Part shown: piece after piece, positions 39,169 to 48,328 of the stretch
Layout: each line of letters opens with the position of its first letter
Numbering within the stretch: position 1 is the first letter of the stretch
Origin: an uncultured Gemmatimonadota bacterium
GTDB lineage: Bacteria; Blakebacterota; Blakebacteria; Blakebacterales; Blakebacteraceae
NCBI GenBank assembly: GCA_964576115.1
Contig: CAZNUA010000015.1
Location: 1 to 64,000 of the forward strand
Reading direction: 5' to 3'
Length of the DNA stretch: 64,000 nt
Program-made: the position numbers and the translations under genes
Notes under the pieces: generated by a model
Database searches by the model: none
What the model was told of the DNA's origin: nothing
Seen by the model: only the letters and a program-made list of their open reading frames with translations

Positions 39169-40479
39169 ATGACGAACTCCTCCCCCACCACTCCGCAGCC
39201 GACCGAACCGCGGTTCTTCGAACCGGCTTCCGCCTTCTACCGCTGGACGGTCATGGCCGCGGCGGGGCTGATGCTCTTCGGTTCCTACTTCGCCTACGAC
39301 AGCGTCTCGGCCCTCTCGACCCTGATCATGGAGGGGATGGATGTCGGGGGCACCCAGATCGGCCTGCTCGACTCTTTTTACAGCTGGCCGAACGTGATCA
39401 TGGTGCTGATCGGCGGCATCATGGTCGACCGCTTCGGAACCCGGATCATGACAATCGTGCTCTCCAGCCTGATCGTGCTGGGAGCGACGGTGACCGCCCT
39501 GGCACCGAACCTGACGGTCATGATCATCGGGCGGATCCTGTTGGGAATCGGCTCCGAATCGCTGATCGTCTGCCAGAGCGCGATTCTGGCCAAATGGTTC
39601 AAGGGACGGGAATTGGCCCTGTCGTTCGGTTTCGCTCTGACCTTCATGCGGTTGGGCAGCCTGCTCAGCCTCAACGTCCTGGCCACCGCCGCCGATGCCT
39701 GGGGCTCATACCGGGCGGGATTCTGGCTGGCAGCGGGGGTATGCGCCATTTCGATGCTCTTCGGGATCTTTTACGTCATCCTCGAGAAGAACGCCCAGGG
39801 CAAAACCGCCCTGGCCGAAGCCCCGGTCGAGGACAAGGTCGTTTTCTCCGACATCAAGAAGTTCGACAACCGCTTCTGGTACATCGCCTTGCTCTGCGTA
39901 ACTTTTTATGCCGCCATCTTCCCCTTCCGCACCCTGGCTCCCGACTTCTTCCTCAACAAATGGGGCGTGACCCTGCAGCAGGGCGGGCGGATCACCAGCA
40001 TCTTCGTCTTCATGTCGATGATCCTGGCCCCTTTCATCGGCGGCTTCGTCGACAAGATCGGCCGGCGCGGCACCCTGCTCCTCTTCGGAGCCTTTCTGCT
40101 CATCCCCAGCCATGCCGTCATGGGGCTGACCACGCTCTCGCCGATCTACTCCATGGTCGTCCTCGGCTTCTCCTTCTCGCTGGTCTCGGCGGTGCTCTGG
40201 CCCGCCATCCCGCTGATCGTCGAGGAGAAGATGGTCGGAACCGCCTTCGGGCTGACCTTCATGATCCAGAACATCGGCCTGGCCCTCTTCCCCACATTCA
40301 ACGGCATGCTTCGTGACGCCACGTCGGGATACACGGCCAGCCAGCTCATGTTCTCCGGGCTCGGCCTGGTCGGACTCGTTTTCGCCATCCTGCTCCTTTC
40401 ACGCGACCGCCGGAAAGGAGGCGTCCTGGAGCAAGGCAGCACATCCGGGGTCGAGGAATCGACGGCCCCGGCGGCCTGA
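39169..40479 (+). CDS. MFS transporter (MFSD1-like)
   Basis: 12-TM pattern, GIMVDRFGTR, WFKGREL, VDKIGRR. Confidence 0.9.
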   Translation: MTNSSPTTPQPTEPRFFEPASAFYRWTVMAAAGLMLFGSYFAYDSVSALSTLIMEGMDVGGTQIGLLDSFYSWPNVIMVLIGGIMVDRFGTRIMTIVLSSLIVLGATVTALAPNLTVMIIGRILLGIGSESLIVCQSAILAKWFKGRELALSFGFALTFMRLGSLLSLNVLATAADAWGSYRAGFWLAAGVCAISMLFGIFYVILEKNAQGKTALAEAPVEDKVVFSDIKKFDNRFWYIALLCVTFYAAIFPFRTLAPDFFLNKWGVTLQQGGRITSIFVFMSMILAPFIGGFVDKIGRRGTLLLFGAFLLIPSHAVMGLTTLSPIYSMVVLGFSFSLVSAVLWPAIPLIVEEKMVGTAFGLTFMIQNIGLALFPTFNGMLRDATSGYTASQLMFSGLGLVGLVFAILLLSRDRRKGGVLEQGSTSGVEESTAPAA

Positions 40480-40513
40480 ACTCAGTACCGCCTGCACGAC
40501 ACGCTCGACACCT

Positions 40514-40676
40514 GTGTCCTGAGTCACGCGTTTGTTGAATAACCGAGGGCTCCGCTGCGCCGCTGCGGCAAGGCGCGGCGACGACGCCATAGCAGTGGCT
40601 ATGGCGAGGAGGCGCAACGCCGCCGATGCGGATGCAGCGGAGGACGAATGACAACGAATGTGTGACTCAGGGACTA
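40514..40676. mobile_element. MITE-like palindromic intergenic element
   Basis: Terminal inverted repeats CCTGAGTCAC/GTGACTCAGG; internal stems CTCCGCTGC/GCAGCGGAG and GCCATAGC/GCTATGGC; no ORF. Confidence 0.7.
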
Positions 40677-40688
40677 GGGAGGGATACG

Positions 40689-41807
40689 GTGACAACGTAC
40701 CGCACGACATCATCTCGACGCACTCTGGCGGGGCTGGCGGCGATACTGCTCCTGCTGCCCCTCTTTCTGGGCGCCTGCGACGACAATCCCAGCGAACCCG
40801 ACAACGGCAACGGGAACGGCACCCCCGGCACCCTCGAACTGGTGGCCGAGATCGCCGTCGGCTCAGATCCCCTGGGGATCGCCGTAGCCGGGGACTACTA
40901 CGTGGTCGGCAACCACATGACGGTGGCCGGGGAATCCAATACCCTCATGACCATCGATGCCGCCACCCTGGCGGTCATTGACTCGGTGGAGTTCTCCGGC
41001 AATCCCGAGGACATCGTCTGCCCACCCTCGTCTTCTCAGGTCTGGGTCACCGATGATGCCAGCCGCTATGTGCGGGCCTATTCGGTGCCCGACCTCGATC
41101 TGGTGGACACCGTCACCCTGCAGGGCGAGGGCGATCCGGGCTGGTACGGCTATCCCGCCGGTCTGGTCTACGATTCCGACTCGGGCGGCCGGCTCTGGGG
41201 TATCGAGGAGTTCGGCGGATACGTGACCGCATTCAGCCCGGCGAGCGGGGCCGTACTCGATACGGTGCGCTTCCGTCCCTTCCGCGGCTACGGATCGAGT
41301 TTCTCCTATGCGACCGGTCCCTGCGTGGCGGTCGATCCGACCCGCGACCGGCTCTTTGCGGCCAACATCGACGACTACCGGCTCGAGGTTATCTCCACCG
41401 CCACCATGACCAAAGTCGATTCGATCGACTGGTCCGGATCGGCCTACCGCGTCAACCTGGTCTTCGCCGATCCGGTCAACGGGCACATCCTGGTCAATGA
41501 GCGGATTTCCGCCTTCGGCGAGGGTGAGCTGCATGTCTACGATGCCGACGATCTCAGCCTGGTCGAGGAGGTCGCCATCCCCGACTGGCCCGATTACGGC
41601 GGCCTGGCCTGGGTCACCGAGGGCTCGCGTCTGGTGGTGGCCACCGGAAGCACCCTGGTCGAATTCTCGACTCCGGATTATACCAAGCTCACCCAGACGG
41701 CTCTGCCGTCGAATCCGGCCCGGGTAGCCTATGACGCCGTCCGCGGCTACTACGTGGTGACCTTCATGAACACCGATATGGTACGGGTATATCAGGTACC
41801 GGAGTGA
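40689..41807 (+). CDS. YncE/YVTN-like beta-propeller lipoprotein
   Basis: LGAC lipobox; IAVGSDPLGIAV-type repeats. GTG start after GGGAGG. Confidence 0.75.
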   Translation: MTTYRTTSSRRTLAGLAAILLLLPLFLGACDDNPSEPDNGNGNGTPGTLELVAEIAVGSDPLGIAVAGDYYVVGNHMTVAGESNTLMTIDAATLAVIDSVEFSGNPEDIVCPPSSSQVWVTDDASRYVRAYSVPDLDLVDTVTLQGEGDPGWYGYPAGLVYDSDSGGRLWGIEEFGGYVTAFSPASGAVLDTVRFRPFRGYGSSFSYATGPCVAVDPTRDRLFAANIDDYRLEVISTATMTKVDSIDWSGSAYRVNLVFADPVNGHILVNERISAFGEGELHVYDADDLSLVEEVAIPDWPDYGGLAWVTEGSRLVVATGSTLVEFSTPDYTKLTQTALPSNPARVAYDAVRGYYVVTFMNTDMVRVYQVPE

Positions 41808-41829
41808 TGCTGATAGTCCTCTGACCCTC

Positions 41830-41853
41830 CCGGGCCGGAGGGATCCGGCCCGG
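41830..41853. terminator. GC-rich hairpin between convergent genes
   Basis: CCGGGCCGGA-GGGA-TCCGGCCCGG. Confidence 0.55.
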
Positions 41854-41866
41854 TGGGGTGCCGTAC

Positions 41867-42982
41867 TCAGATCAATCTCCGCAACAGTTGTATCGCTGGT
41901 GCGATCCGAATTCCTTCGGGAGTCTGATAGTCTTTCTCCCCTGTCGCCGAGATCTGCCAGGCCTCGGCTTCGGGGAATCTGCGTTTGAGATAACGCAGGC
42001 CCCGATCAAGTGTTCTATCGGCCCATTTGCATTCCACCAGGAGCCGGGGGATTGTCTTTTCGATGACCACGAAATCGACCTCCCGGCCGTCGGTGTCGCG
42101 AAAGTACCGCAATTCGAGATCGCGGCCCTGGGCGTCTTGTTGGTAGTGAACCCACTTCAGGAGGTGGACGGCGACGAGGTTCTCGAAACGCGCCGCAGTG
42201 TCATCGACCAGACTCCAGTCCATGTGGTAGTGCTTCTGTGCCTTCTTGATCGCCCGCAGGCGGGGTGATCCGAAAGGCGGCAGGCGGAAGATGGCATAGA
42301 GCCGCTGGAGGATGCTCAACCAACTCTCGACCGTCTTGTGACTCACACCGAGATCCTCACGTAGAGCATTGACCGAAAGAAGTGAGCCGACCAGTTCGGG
42401 CAATCTGAGCATGAGGAGCTCGAACCGCCCGAGATCATCCACTTGTTCGAGGCTTGTCAGTTCCTCGCGCACGAGCAGGTTGCGGTATTCACGCGACCAC
42501 CGGCGGGCCTGTGTCTCCGAGGCACTGAAGAAGGGCTCGGGAAAACCTCCAAGCACGAACAGCGGTTCGAGGTCGGCAGTGCTTTCCAGACCGAGCTCAG
42601 CCGCACTCAGGGGGTGAAGCCGGAGCAGGTGGTACCGTCCCTGGAGCGAGTCCCCGGAGTAACGATACCAGTCGAGCCGGGCCGAACCGGTGACCAGGAT
42701 CCGCTGTCCTTCCAGCCGGCCGTCGAAGATTCCCTTCAGCCAGTTCCGCCAGCCCCGGTACTTGTGGATCTCGTCGAAGATCCAGAGATCACCGACCGGC
42801 AGTTCACGTTTCAGAATACGCTCTCTGTCGTGAGCGATATCCCAGTTCAGATAACCCTGCCGGGCGTCCGGGAGAGAGAGGGCCAGGGTGGTCTTGCCAA
42901 CCTGACGGGCCCCGCTGACGAAGACCATCTTCCGGTCCAGGTCGGCCAGAACCTGCGGGTACAGATATCTTCGGACTGTCAT
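41867..42982 (-). CDS. AAA_14 ATPase with DUF4143 (PD-(D/E)XK-like) domain
   Basis: GARQVGKTT, IFDEIH, VTGSA, SLQGR, GGFPE, FEN.VA.HL, YFRD..GREVDFV..VECK. Confidence 0.92.
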   Translation of the reverse strand: MTVRRYLYPQVLADLDRKMVFVSGARQVGKTTLALSLPDARQGYLNWDIAHDRERILKRELPVGDLWIFDEIHKYRGWRNWLKGIFDGRLEGQRILVTGSARLDWYRYSGDSLQGRYHLLRLHPLSAAELGLESTADLEPLFVLGGFPEPFFSASETQARRWSREYRNLLVREELTSLEQVDDLGRFELLMLRLPELVGSLLSVNALREDLGVSHKTVESWLSILQRLYAIFRLPPFGSPRLRAIKKAQKHYHMDWSLVDDTAARFENLVAVHLLKWVHYQQDAQGRDLELRYFRDTDGREVDFVVIEKTIPRLLVECKWADRTLDRGLRYLKRRFPEAEAWQISATGEKDYQTPEGIRIAPAIQLLRRLI

Positions 42983-42985
42983 ACC

Positions 42986-43072
42986 TGTCAGGTTACTGAC
43001 ATTTTAACCCCTCGTCAAAAATAACCTCTGATGTTTTTGACATGTGTTGAAATCAGCCGCGCCCTGATTTCA
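42986..43072 (-). promoter_or_regulatory. Candidate leaderless promoter with inverted repeats
   Basis: Minus strand TTGACG(43018-43013)-17 bp-TAACCT(42995-42990)-7 bp-ATG; several TGAC/GTCA inverted repeats. Confidence 0.55.
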
Positions 43073-43254
43073 GGTCCGCTTGATGATGGACGTATGTCTC
43101 AGGTCGCTGAAGAACGCGTACGCCGCCCCGAACCGGTAGCGACTTCCGACCAGCCGACACGATACACGCAGGGACCATGACCGGACGGGTCACGGCCCCT
43201 GAGGTTTCACCAGGTTATCGAGACGTTATCGAAACGCCGGGTAGCGGAGACCCC

Positions 43255-44475
43255 TCAGCCCCCCTCGAACTGCCGCACCACGTAGGAGTCGATGGCATCC
43301 TTGTGGACCATGATGGCCAGCACCCGCAGGGCCATCCAGTCGTCACGCATCCAGACATAGCCCTGGCGCCCCGAGGCGGTGCCGTGCGAGTTCTTGATCA
43401 GGTACCAGTCGCGTCCGTCCACGATCCGGTGATCCACCGCGTGCACCAGGTGGTTGTCGGTCGTACGCCGCTCCTCGAAGTCGGTCTGGCGGGTGTCCTG
43501 GTTGATCAGCAGACCCGAGGTCATGTTGGGGTGGATCACGGCCAGCCCGTGGTTGCCGAAGCCCGAGCCCACATCGCCCCGGAAGGTGCGGTCCTGACTC
43601 GACCACCCGTCGCCCCAGTCGGTGTCGATGGCAACCGAGTAGCCCTGATCCAGCGCCCGGTTGATGATCCGCAGGTAGGCGTCGAGCGGCACGTTGTAGT
43701 AGCCGTCGTAGTCCCACCAGTTATCGCCGATGTCGAGTTCGCCGCGGGTATAGAAGGGGAAATCGGTGTAGGAGGTGACCTCCCAGTAGTTGTCGTAGTC
43801 GAGCTCGAGGTAGTCGTCGGCCCACTGTTTCGGCGTATAGGCCCGGCCGTCCCACTCGAAGCTCTCGGGGATCGGGGCCAGGTGCCGGTCGAGCACCTCG
43901 CGCGCGGCCCGGATGACCGCAGCCTCGTCGAACTCGCTGCTCTCGGCCGTTTCCCGGACCGCGGCCGTCACTTCACGTGACATCAGGCCCGAGTTCTCCG
44001 GCTGGGCGAATTCGGATTCGGGCACGATCCCGTACTTGCGGACGAACTCGGTGGTATCGTGAGAGAGCCCCCCATCGCCGAGATTGGCGTTCTCGCCGCG
44101 CCGCTTCACATATTCCCGGGCCTTTTCGACCCAGGCCCAGTAGACGACATAGTATTCGGCCAGGTCGAGTTCCATGCGGTTCTCGTTCAGGTAGTTAACG
44201 ACGTCCTCGTTGGCGCGCAGCACTTCCGATTCGAGAAACGAAACGGTGGCGAAGTTCCAGCAGGTCCCGCCCAACTGTCTCTTGATCTCGGTGTGGGCGA
44301 TGTCGGTGCCCAGGTAGTTCGGGGCGTGGATGGCGTCGAAGAACGCCTGCTGGCTCGAGATGGTTTTCGGATGCGACTGAACGCGCTGTCGGCCCTGGGC
44401 GGCGGCGGGGGCGGCAATGAACGCGATCGCCGCGACGGTGAGCAGAGTGATCTGCAGGGTGCGGAATCTCGGCAT
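43255..44475 (-). CDS. C1-family cysteine aminopeptidase (PepC/bleomycin hydrolase-like), secreted
   Basis: Q.GGTCWNF, DNHLVH, YLIKNSHG catalytic C/H/N; signal peptide. Confidence 0.88.
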   Translation of the reverse strand: MPRFRTLQITLLTVAAIAFIAAPAAAQGRQRVQSHPKTISSQQAFFDAIHAPNYLGTDIAHTEIKRQLGGTCWNFATVSFLESEVLRANEDVVNYLNENRMELDLAEYYVVYWAWVEKAREYVKRRGENANLGDGGLSHDTTEFVRKYGIVPESEFAQPENSGLMSREVTAAVRETAESSEFDEAAVIRAAREVLDRHLAPIPESFEWDGRAYTPKQWADDYLELDYDNYWEVTSYTDFPFYTRGELDIGDNWWDYDGYYNVPLDAYLRIINRALDQGYSVAIDTDWGDGWSSQDRTFRGDVGSGFGNHGLAVIHPNMTSGLLINQDTRQTDFEERRTTDNHLVHAVDHRIVDGRDWYLIKNSHGTASGRQGYVWMRDDWMALRVLAIMVHKDAIDSYVVRQFEGG

Positions 44476-44611
44476 CGATACAATCCTCCGGTCGGTGGCA
44501 CGGCCGGCGCAGCGTAGGCCGCCGGCGCTGTCAGGCTCTTCTCAGTACCCGGTCAGATGACTGGATACCAGGATGCCACCTTCCGGCGCTCGAAACAACA
44601 GCCGAGCGTCT

Positions 44612-47272
44612 TCAGCGCTCCCGAGCGGTCCGGAACCCGATCTCGTCCAGCACGATGAGACCCTTCGGCGAACGGTCGAAGACGAAGCTGATCTCGACCA
44701 GGCGGCGAGGATCGAAGCCGGATCCGGCGGCCGCGAACCGCTCCAGGGGAATGGCCACGGTCTGCAGGACCAGCTGGTACGGGGAACCGAAACGCCCCTC
44801 CATGTCGTCATGCCGCGTGAAGGTGGCTTTGAGGGGAGGCAGCAGCCGCATGACCTCGCTCAGGGCCAGTTCGGCCGTCCGGCCGACCGCATCGGTCAAC
44901 CTCAGGGTGAAATCGAGCGGGGTTTGGGGTTTCTCGTCGTCCTCCCCGGACTCCTCCTCCTCTGTACCTCCCTCGTCTTCGCCTTCTTCACCCTCCGCTT
45001 CAGCGCCCTGCCGACCGGCGCTTTCCTCCTCTGCAGGCCCGGCACTCTGTTCCTCGCTCTGCTCCTGCTCCACCTGTCGGGCTTCGGCCCGCTCCCGCCG
45101 GCGTTCTTCCCGGTCCCGGCGGCGCTTTTCGCGCGGTGTCAGGTCGACCGTGCTGGTATCGGGTCGAGCCGGCGACTCGTCCGACTCGGCCACGGCGAAG
45201 ACGAACTCGGCGGCGGCGTCGAGGTCCCACGAGCGGGCGAACCCTCCGGGCAGCGAGATGGTGTACACGGCCGGCGCGGTGGAATCGGGTTCGGTGATGA
45301 CGGTCCCGGCCCTGGATACGTGCTCCTCCTGTCCGCTCTGCTGTCCGTCCCCGCCGGAATCCCCGTCCGCGTCATCGTCTTCCGTGTCATTCTCGTCATC
45401 ATCCCCCGAACGCCAGCCCAGGTAGACGGCCTGATTCATCCGGTCGCCACGGTCGCCCCGATAGCCGAGATCCTCCTCCCGCCAGTTGGCCAGGTTCTCA
45501 CCCCTCAGGCCCACCCCGGCCTCGGTGGCCGTCTCCAGATCGATGTCCTCGTCGTAGTCGCAGACATAGCGGGTATGAGCGTCCTCGAAGCGATTGACGT
45601 ACAGGGTTTCGGGCAGCCACTGCTCACCCGCGCGCCAGTCGCGGAACAGCGGCCGGTAGACGGTCTCGTCCTTCATGGTCAGGTCGAGGAAGGCCCCGAT
45701 GTAGACCTTCGCAATCCGCCGCTGCTCATCTCCGGGCATGAGCTGGGCACGGTTGAGCATCAGCGCTCCCGGCATACCCCAGTCGGTGTCTCCCCAGACG
45801 GTATTGAACTGGCCGTGATTGGCCCGGTAGATGTACAGCGAGGTCTTGAACCGTTCCGACCCCTCGCTGAACGCGATCCGCTTGTACTGCCGGTCGCCCG
45901 AGAAAGAGGAGACATCGCCGTCGTGGGAGCCGTGCAGGAGCAGGTAGTTGACATCCTCGAGAGGAGTGGGCTGATCCATCGGGGTGTACTGCCCGTCGAC
46001 CGGCGCGATCCCGATCACCACCCGCAGATTGAAATCGTAATCGAAGAGGACCGAGGCATCGTCGGGGTAGCGGTTCAGGCGGTTGAAGGCGGCCGCCACG
46101 GCCACCGCTTCCCCCCCGCGCGAGTGCCCGATGAGGCCGAGACGGTCCAGATCCACCCGACCGGCGAAAAGATGACCCTCTTCGGCGTTCCATTCCCGCC
46201 AGACTTTCAGGTGCTCGAGCAACAGCCAGCCACGGGCGTCGTTCTCACGGCTGTAGTTGGCGCTCCAGTCGCCGTTGATGAAGTTTTCGTCCACCGAGAC
46301 GAAGATATAACCCTTCGAGGCCAGCAGCTCGCCGAGGTAAGCGTAGCCGGGATCGGAGTAGTCGCGCATGCTGTGATTGCCGTGGACACAGAGTACGAGC
46401 GGCCACGGCCCCTCCCCGTCCGGATACCAGACCCGTCCGTTCAGGGCCAGCGCCCGCCGGTCGTAACCCCAGTAGCGGTTGCGCAGGCGTCCCTTCCAGC
46501 CCGAGAGCTTGCCGACAAAGGCCTTGCCATCCACGCCGGGAGTGATCAGATCGGCCTCGGCCCCGAACTCGGGGCGCCGGTCCTCGCCGTTGCCGTAGGT
46601 CAGCCTCAGAACCCGGTAGGGGCCGGGCAGTGAAGGATCGGCGGCCTCGATTGCGGCTACCGGGTTGTGCACCGGCGGCTCGACCGTGACCAGGCCCTCT
46701 TCGGTTCCCCGGCTCGCCAACCAGGCGGCCAGGGCGATCAGACCGGCCGCGGCCGCAACCATCAGGACCGGCACCGCCCACCGTTTCGCCCGTCCCGCAC
46801 TTCGCCAGTCCGGCGAGGTCAGAACCGCAACTCCCCCACCGATGACACTGCAGCCGAGTATGAGCCCGATGACATGCCAGAACAGAGCCTCGGGAAAGGC
46901 GACGTTGAGCAGCACGATGACGCCGGCCGCCAGTGCGGCCGGAAAGATGCGCGGCAGTCGGGCCACCAGACTCGAGGCGGCCAGACCGACCACGATCAGC
47001 AGCCAGGTCAGAAACAGGCTGAAGGCAATGACCGCCAGCCCCACCAGGGCGTCCACGACGATCCCGGAACCAAGACGCAGGTCGTTGACGCCGCTGTAGA
47101 TTCCGTACAGCAGCACGATCGTGAATGCTCCCGCCACCGCCCCCCGCCGGGCCCGCGGCCCGGGCCAGAACCCGAGCAGGCGGGGTTTGGCTTTCAGCCA
47201 CTGCCGCTCGATCCAGATACCGATCCGTCCCCGCCGCAGACGCTCCACCAGCCGCTTTACCTTCTCCGACAT
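44612..47272 (-). CDS. Membrane-anchored alpha/beta hydrolase
   Basis: N-terminal TM helices; VHGNH, GHSRGG nucleophile elbow, ANHGQFNTVWG. Confidence 0.85.
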   Translation of the reverse strand: MSEKVKRLVERLRRGRIGIWIERQWLKAKPRLLGFWPGPRARRGAVAGAFTIVLLYGIYSGVNDLRLGSGIVVDALVGLAVIAFSLFLTWLLIVVGLAASSLVARLPRIFPAALAAGVIVLLNVAFPEALFWHVIGLILGCSVIGGGVAVLTSPDWRSAGRAKRWAVPVLMVAAAAGLIALAAWLASRGTEEGLVTVEPPVHNPVAAIEAADPSLPGPYRVLRLTYGNGEDRRPEFGAEADLITPGVDGKAFVGKLSGWKGRLRNRYWGYDRRALALNGRVWYPDGEGPWPLVLCVHGNHSMRDYSDPGYAYLGELLASKGYIFVSVDENFINGDWSANYSRENDARGWLLLEHLKVWREWNAEEGHLFAGRVDLDRLGLIGHSRGGEAVAVAAAFNRLNRYPDDASVLFDYDFNLRVVIGIAPVDGQYTPMDQPTPLEDVNYLLLHGSHDGDVSSFSGDRQYKRIAFSEGSERFKTSLYIYRANHGQFNTVWGDTDWGMPGALMLNRAQLMPGDEQRRIAKVYIGAFLDLTMKDETVYRPLFRDWRAGEQWLPETLYVNRFEDAHTRYVCDYDEDIDLETATEAGVGLRGENLANWREEDLGYRGDRGDRMNQAVYLGWRSGDDDENDTEDDDADGDSGGDGQQSGQEEHVSRAGTVITEPDSTAPAVYTISLPGGFARSWDLDAAAEFVFAVAESDESPARPDTSTVDLTPREKRRRDREERRRERAEARQVEQEQSEEQSAGPAEEESAGRQGAEAEGEEGEDEGGTEEEESGEDDEKPQTPLDFTLRLTDAVGRTAELALSEVMRLLPPLKATFTRHDDMEGRFGSPYQLVLQTVAIPLERFAAAGSGFDPRRLVEISFVFDRSPKGLIVLDEIGFRTARER

Positions 47273-47379
47273 GACCGCCAGCTTCCTTCCGTACGTATTA
47301 AGTGCAAGAGTCATGACTCAGGACACCATGATGGGTTATCATGGAACTCCATTCCATCTCCACCGGGGAGAGACGGTCA

Positions 47380-48198
47380 ATGAAAAACACTCTCCTGGAA
47401 CTCAACAACGGCGTGCCGATCCCCCGCCTCGGGCTGGGATGTTACCAGCTACCTGCGGGCGCGGCGACCCTGCACGCCGTGGATTACGCCCTCGAGGTGG
47501 GCTACCGTCACATCGACACAGCCCGTATGTACGGCAACGAGGAAGCGGTCGGCGAGGCGGTCCGCAACTCCTTCGTTCCCCGCGAAGAGATCTTCGTGAC
47601 GACCAAGCTCTGGAATGACGACCACGGCTACGATCGCGCCATCGCGGCCTGCCGCGAGAGCCTGGCCACCCTCGGTCTCGAATACATCGATCTCTATCTC
47701 ATCCACTGGCCGGTGGAGGGGAAGCGCCGGGATTCATGGCGGGCGCTGGAAACCCTGACCGAGGACGGTCTCTGCCGATCGATCGGGGTGAGCAATTACA
47801 CCATCCCGCACCTGGAAGAACTACTCGGAGAGTGCCGGATCATGCCGTCCGTCAACCAGGTCGAGTTCTCGCCTTTCCTCTACCAGACCGAACTGCTCAA
47901 GATGTGCCGCCGCGAGCAGATCGCGCTCGAAGCCTACAGCCCGCTGACCAAGGCCCGGCGTCTCGGGGACGAACGCCTGACCGCGATCGCGGCCGAATGC
48001 GGGCGCTCTCCGGCGCAGGTCCTGATCACATGGGCGCTGCAGCACGACCTCATCGTCATCCCCAAAGCGTCACGGCCCGAGCATATTCTCGAGAACTTCG
48101 AGAGCGGCGATGTCGAACTGACCGCCGACCAGATGCACCGGCTCGACGCTCTCGACGAGGGCCTGCGTACCAGCTGGGATCCGACGTCGCAGAACTGA
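47380..48198 (+). CDS. Aldo/keto reductase
   Basis: GYRHIDTA.MY.NE, TTKLWN, DLYLIHWP, IGVSNY, IPKA. Confidence 0.95.
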   Translation: MKNTLLELNNGVPIPRLGLGCYQLPAGAATLHAVDYALEVGYRHIDTARMYGNEEAVGEAVRNSFVPREEIFVTTKLWNDDHGYDRAIAACRESLATLGLEYIDLYLIHWPVEGKRRDSWRALETLTEDGLCRSIGVSNYTIPHLEELLGECRIMPSVNQVEFSPFLYQTELLKMCRREQIALEAYSPLTKARRLGDERLTAIAAECGRSPAQVLITWALQHDLIVIPKASRPEHILENFESGDVELTADQMHRLDALDEGLRTSWDPTSQN

Positions 48199-48328
48199 AA
48201 CCGTCTTTTTTCCGCTGAGGGGATAAACCCGTCTCTTCACGGTAGACTCACCGCCCGGCGGCATTATCTTGCGTTTGCTGTCCGAGTTCTGCCCCCCATC
48301 TACAGGACTTCCGCCAGGAGAACGTACC

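Noticed and set aside
41792-43095. Weak similarity TCAGGT.CCG..TGATG on both sides of the second ATPase gene
   Set aside because: Short and gapped; compatible with chance, unlike the 45-bp repeat.
43214-43235. 11-bp tandem repeat GTTATCGA[G/A]AC
   Set aside because: Only two units and no supporting context; not CRISPR-like.
27872-46633. Very long antisense or alternative-frame ORFs (e.g. 27872-30292, 32428-34410, 44573-46633)
   Set aside because: Expected shadows of high-GC coding genes; no recognisable motifs.
48210-48245. GCTGAGGGGATAAACCCGT resembling part of a TPP riboswitch
   Set aside because: The rest of the aptamer is absent and the gene context does not fit.
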